Shown: positions 60,089 to 64,000 of the stretch, piece by piece
Numbering within the stretch: position 1 is the stretch's first letter
Layout of the letters: every line of letters begins with the position of its first letter
Assembly: GCA_040437565.1 (NCBI GenBank)
Contig: JBDOQK010000021.1
Span: 434,001-498,000 of the forward strand
Source of the DNA: Albugo candida
Lineage: Eukaryota
DNA: 64,000 bases
Direction: 5' to 3'
Notes under the pieces: generated by a model
Databases searched by the model: none
Seen by the model: only the letters and a program-made list of their open reading frames with translations
What the model was told of the DNA's origin: nothing
Translations under genes and position numbers: made by a program

Positions 60089-63000
60089 TCAAAAGCGCGA
60101 ATTTGTGATGGAAGAAGTTGAAAAGCGTGTAATTAAAGGTGATAAACCTTTCCAGCGGTACGTTGAATCGTGGTGGAATGTACATATCACAGCGTGCAAG
60201 GAATATTTTACGACACTACTGAATATGAATGATAGCGAGCGGAACCCAAGCATTCTAGGCTGTTCTGATGCTGTTGCCGCTTTAGCAGAAGAACTTGAAA
60301 CTATACTTATATCTGCCATGATTGACGAAAAGACGGTGATTCTGCTTGTAAAGACACATTATATATCCCAACAGCTGGCTGCAAATAATTCTCTCCTGCT
60401 TGAGCAATTGAACGAGAATTCCGATTGACATGGAATAACTAAACTCGTTTATTTGAAATGGTAAAAGATGTTTCAAGTGCATTCCGAACACAATCCGAAA
60501 ATCATTTATGGACCTATACTGCTCGTGATGTTGGCAGTGGAGCAAACAAGAAAGATCGACTGAAGGTCAATAAGCAAAAAAGAAGCAACTTTTCTAAAAT
60601 TTCGCTATTCAGATTGTGTGGAAGAAAATCACGTCTACGCCGAAAAACGTAGCCATATTTGCTTTGAATATATGAAGCTGATGGTTGAGCGCGGGATGCC
60701 TAAGAGCATCATGACCAATCACCGGGAATTGGTTGTGAAGATCGTGACCTTGGTAAGCAACAAAGAAAACCGGTTTGAAAAGCTCTTTGATAGGGTATTG
60801 TAGAGGGTGAATGACCCTGGAGTAAACAATGGCTAACCATATTCCGCTGTTCGCGTGGTCATGGACGGATATAAAAGCTACGTGAAGGTTTTCATGTTGA
60901 AATTTAAGATCGAAGTAGAAGTGACTGAGCACTTGAAAAGTGCTATCAAGTGGGCAATGCTACAACATGCCCATGAAGGCGATCAATCAAACCGTCATAC
61001 CAATGTTGATAATGTACAACTGGGAAACTTGGTGCGACAAGTCTTGACCGATGTGGAACAATGATTTTGCAATAGAACAGTGGATACATGGTATAATAAA
61101 ACTGGCATCGTGACATCAAGGTTGGGACAAACGCGTCTCAGCTCAACCCCGTAGACGTAACACAGCAGAAATTGATCGCAATGATGAAGATGATGTAACA
61201 TCAATCTGGGCCTCGAAATAATCTTAGGTGCATGCATTAGAGAATGGTATTAATATCAAGATTCGTGTATATTGCAAAGGTGCAGCGTTTACACCATACC
61301 AGGAACTCTTTAGCTTTAAGCCAGACACCATCAACTCTGAGAATTTGGGATTCTTCGTTACTATCATGTTCCAGTCTCAAAAAAAAAGATGAATGAGCCC
61401 GAACTGCAGAATTGGATTCTTGTTGGCCTACTTCGTGACGTTGTTGGTTGCAAGGTGAACTTCCCCTTCGAACATAAGAAAAAAATAGTTTTCAGATGTT
61501 GAATTGAATAAATCAATCAAGTAAAAGAGCCTTCATAAATTAAAATATGCAATGAAGTATAAATATGGTTACGACATTCGATGAATTCATCGAATAGGGA
61601 GAGCTGGAAGAACTTACTGAGGAAAGCCGACAAACATTCCAAACTGGCCGACTGAGCTTACGATGCGCATCATGTGCGTAGCAATGTTTCATCGGGATAC
61701 TGCGACGATATGGACTTGCAATCAAGAAACGTTGCAAGGGGATAGTACTTAGCAAAGATCAATCGGTAGAAACACCAACTGATGACTTAATAGCGGAGAA
61801 AAACTTGTGTGGAAAGACATACTGAGCAACAGTGCCGTACCTGTATACAGTGACCTTAACGGACCCAGAGAACCAAAATTGGTGAGTGGGGTCAAGTTCC
61901 AAACGAATAACTTGATCGCACAGATGCGACAAGTCTCCCTGCAAATAATGAACCAGCTAAAAAGGATACCTAAGATGACTAAAGCTCAAATTCGATCCAG
62001 ACAAACCAAATTTTTGACAATGATATTGCTAGTAGTGGAACGGACAGTGATCTCGAGGATTGGAATTTCGAGCCAGCCGTGCACGTCACAGATATGGCTA
62101 CACTAGACGAGATAATAGACAACCTTCGTGACGGTGAACAAAAATACGGAACGGAAGCGCACCAAATAGTTGTGNNNNNNNNNNNNNNNNNNNNNNNNNN
62201 NNNNNNNNNNNNNNNNNNNNNNNNNNNNNNNNNNNNNNNNNNNNNNNNNNNNNNNNNNNNNNNNNNNNNNNNNNATTCGATGAATTCATCGAATAGGGAG
62301 AGCTGGAAGAACTTACTGAGGAAAGCCGACAAACATTCCAAACTGGCCGACTGAGCTTACGATGCGCATCATGTGCGTAGCAATGTTTCATCGGGATACT
62401 GCGACGATATGGACTTGCAATCAAGAAACGTTGCAAGGGGATAGTACTTAGCAAAGATCAATCGGTAGAAACACCAACTGATGACTTAATAGCGGAGAAA
62501 AACTTGTGTGGAAAGACATACTGAGCAACAGTGCCGTACCTGTATACAGTGACCTTAACGGACCCAGAGAACCAAAATTGGTGAGTGGGGTCAAGTTCCA
62601 AACGAATAACTTGATCGCACAGATGCGACAAGTCTCCCTGCAAATAATGAACCAGCTAAAAAGGATACCTAAGATGACTAAAGCTCAAATTCGATCCAGA
62701 CAAACCAAATTTTTGACAATGATATTGCTAGTAGTGGAACGGACAGTGATCTCGAGGATTGGAATTTCGAGCCAGCCGTGCACGTCACAGATATGGCTAC
62801 ACTAGAAGAGATAATAGACAACCTTCGTGACGGTGAACAAAAATACGGAACGGAAGCGCACCAAATAGTTGTGAATCTACTCAAGCTGCTAGATTGCAAC
62901 AATCACTGCCAGCGAGAATTTAGTACAAAGTGTACTGATAGAGTTAGAGCATTACAAATTGTATTCAGCATTCAACATCACTCATGGATAGTCGTGGGAA

Positions 63001-63510
63001 GCCTGGATTGCACGAAAGAGACATCTAAATTCTTAAGAATTATTGCCAAGCTATGCGATCACCACATGTAAAATTGTGGAGCAATGCAATGGATCCCGAG
63101 TTGGCTTCTTTGAGAAAAAAGAGTACGAAAAGTATTTTGCGGTCAGATATACTGGTGGGAAACTACCTATCAAAACAATGTGAGTCTTGGATCTGAGCAT
63201 AGATCTGTTTTTGGTACGTGGTGTGGTTCAAGTAACGAGTTGGTGACAAGCAGAGAGCTGTAACCGATTATAAGAATACTTTATCTACCGTGGCAAGCAT
63301 GGCCAAATTAAAATGTGTATTGGGGTAAGCATCTTACAACATCTCACACTCTATCAGTACGACATCAGGAATGCCTTTTCCAATGCTTCTCTATGCATCA
63401 AGCAATTTCTGGAGGATGACGAAAACTATCCTTGGAAAAACAAAGGAATGAGCAACGTCATTGACAAACTACTATATGAAAAAAAAGGTTTCATTAAGAA
63501 GAAAGTGGAA
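60089..63510 (+). pseudogene. Long decayed coding-like region of unknown identity
   Basis: A chain of plus-strand protein-like ORF fragments (60105, 60618, 60855, 62778, 63313) broken by stops and frameshifts; no family recognised. 61576-62174 is duplicated across a gap. Confidence 0.4.
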
Positions 63511-63519
63511 CACCGAACT

Positions 63520-64000
63520 GAATCACTGCTATATTGACTGTACTATGGCTAGCACGGTCTACGCGCTTCGAAATCTCTTATGCGGTACACTAAGCAAGTC
63601 ACTGGTTGCATGCACCCCTACAAGTGAGTGCCAGCTGGTTGGGCGGTTCGCAAAGTACCCAAAAGCGTTAAGCTTCCGCTTATGCAAAAGGAAAATGTAG
63701 AAATTGCTGCTTTCGAACTTACAAGCAAAAGCGACGCTGCCTTTGAAGGTGGCAAAGGTGACCGCAAATTGATCAGCGGGGTGATACATTGGGTGAATGG
63801 TGTGAAATTTACTTGCCATAAGCAAACAGCGGTAGATCTATCCACCGTGGAAGCTGATTCCGCGTCGGCTTCAAACGCGGGACAAGAATTATTGGGATGC
63901 ATGAACTGCTCATTGAATTGGCCTTCCGGGTAGTATTGCCAATTACGATGGAGATTTGTTTTTACTTTGTGTCGAAAATCAGCTAGTGTATAGAGAAACC
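63520..64000 (+). mobile_element. Copia RT C-terminus and RNase H relic
   Basis: TRFEISYAVH (TRPDIAYAV), then SDAAFEGGKGDRKLISG...KQTAVDLSTVEA (SDAD.A.D..DRKS.SG...KQ..VALST.EAE). Confidence 0.8.

Larger units (their letters stand above)
2318..62274. other. Twelve 100-N scaffold gaps, starting at 2318, 3068, 5361, 9473, 17429, 23981, 31265, 33917, 37799, 40961, 47256 and 62175
   Basis: Directly visible; nine have the sequence before the gap repeated immediately after it. Confidence 0.95.

Overview
Eukaryotic, gene-sparse and transposon-rich scaffold segment, very probably from the oomycete white-rust genus Albugo (inferred from a canonical CCG-type effector). Only two long intact genes are supported, both on the minus strand with predicted signal peptides: a nucleoside-hydrolase-like protein (17786-18967) and a 594-aa CxxCxxxxxG (CCG) effector (28177-29961) that appears to be built from about five tandem CCG-like modules. 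A disrupted pepsin-like gene lies at 4763-5996. The rest is mostly decayed mobile DNA: an IS630-Tc1-mariner transposon and MITEs sharing its TIR, a Mutator element, two convergent L1-like LINEs, Gypsy and Copia remnants and solo LTRs, and a tRNA-derived SINE family. Most notable structures: (i) a 2.2 kb unit bounded by two outward-facing SINE copies that enclose a decayed coiled-coil/basic ORF and a second tRNA-like head; (ii) a diverged segmental duplication whose second copy cleanly lacks the 4.75 kb segment carrying the CCG gene; (iii) an unknown decayed ORF region between Copia gag and Copia RT/RNase H. There are twelve 100-N scaffold gaps, and nine are flanked by near-identical duplicates (assembly artefacts). 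All calls come from reading the sequence by eye; no searches were run.
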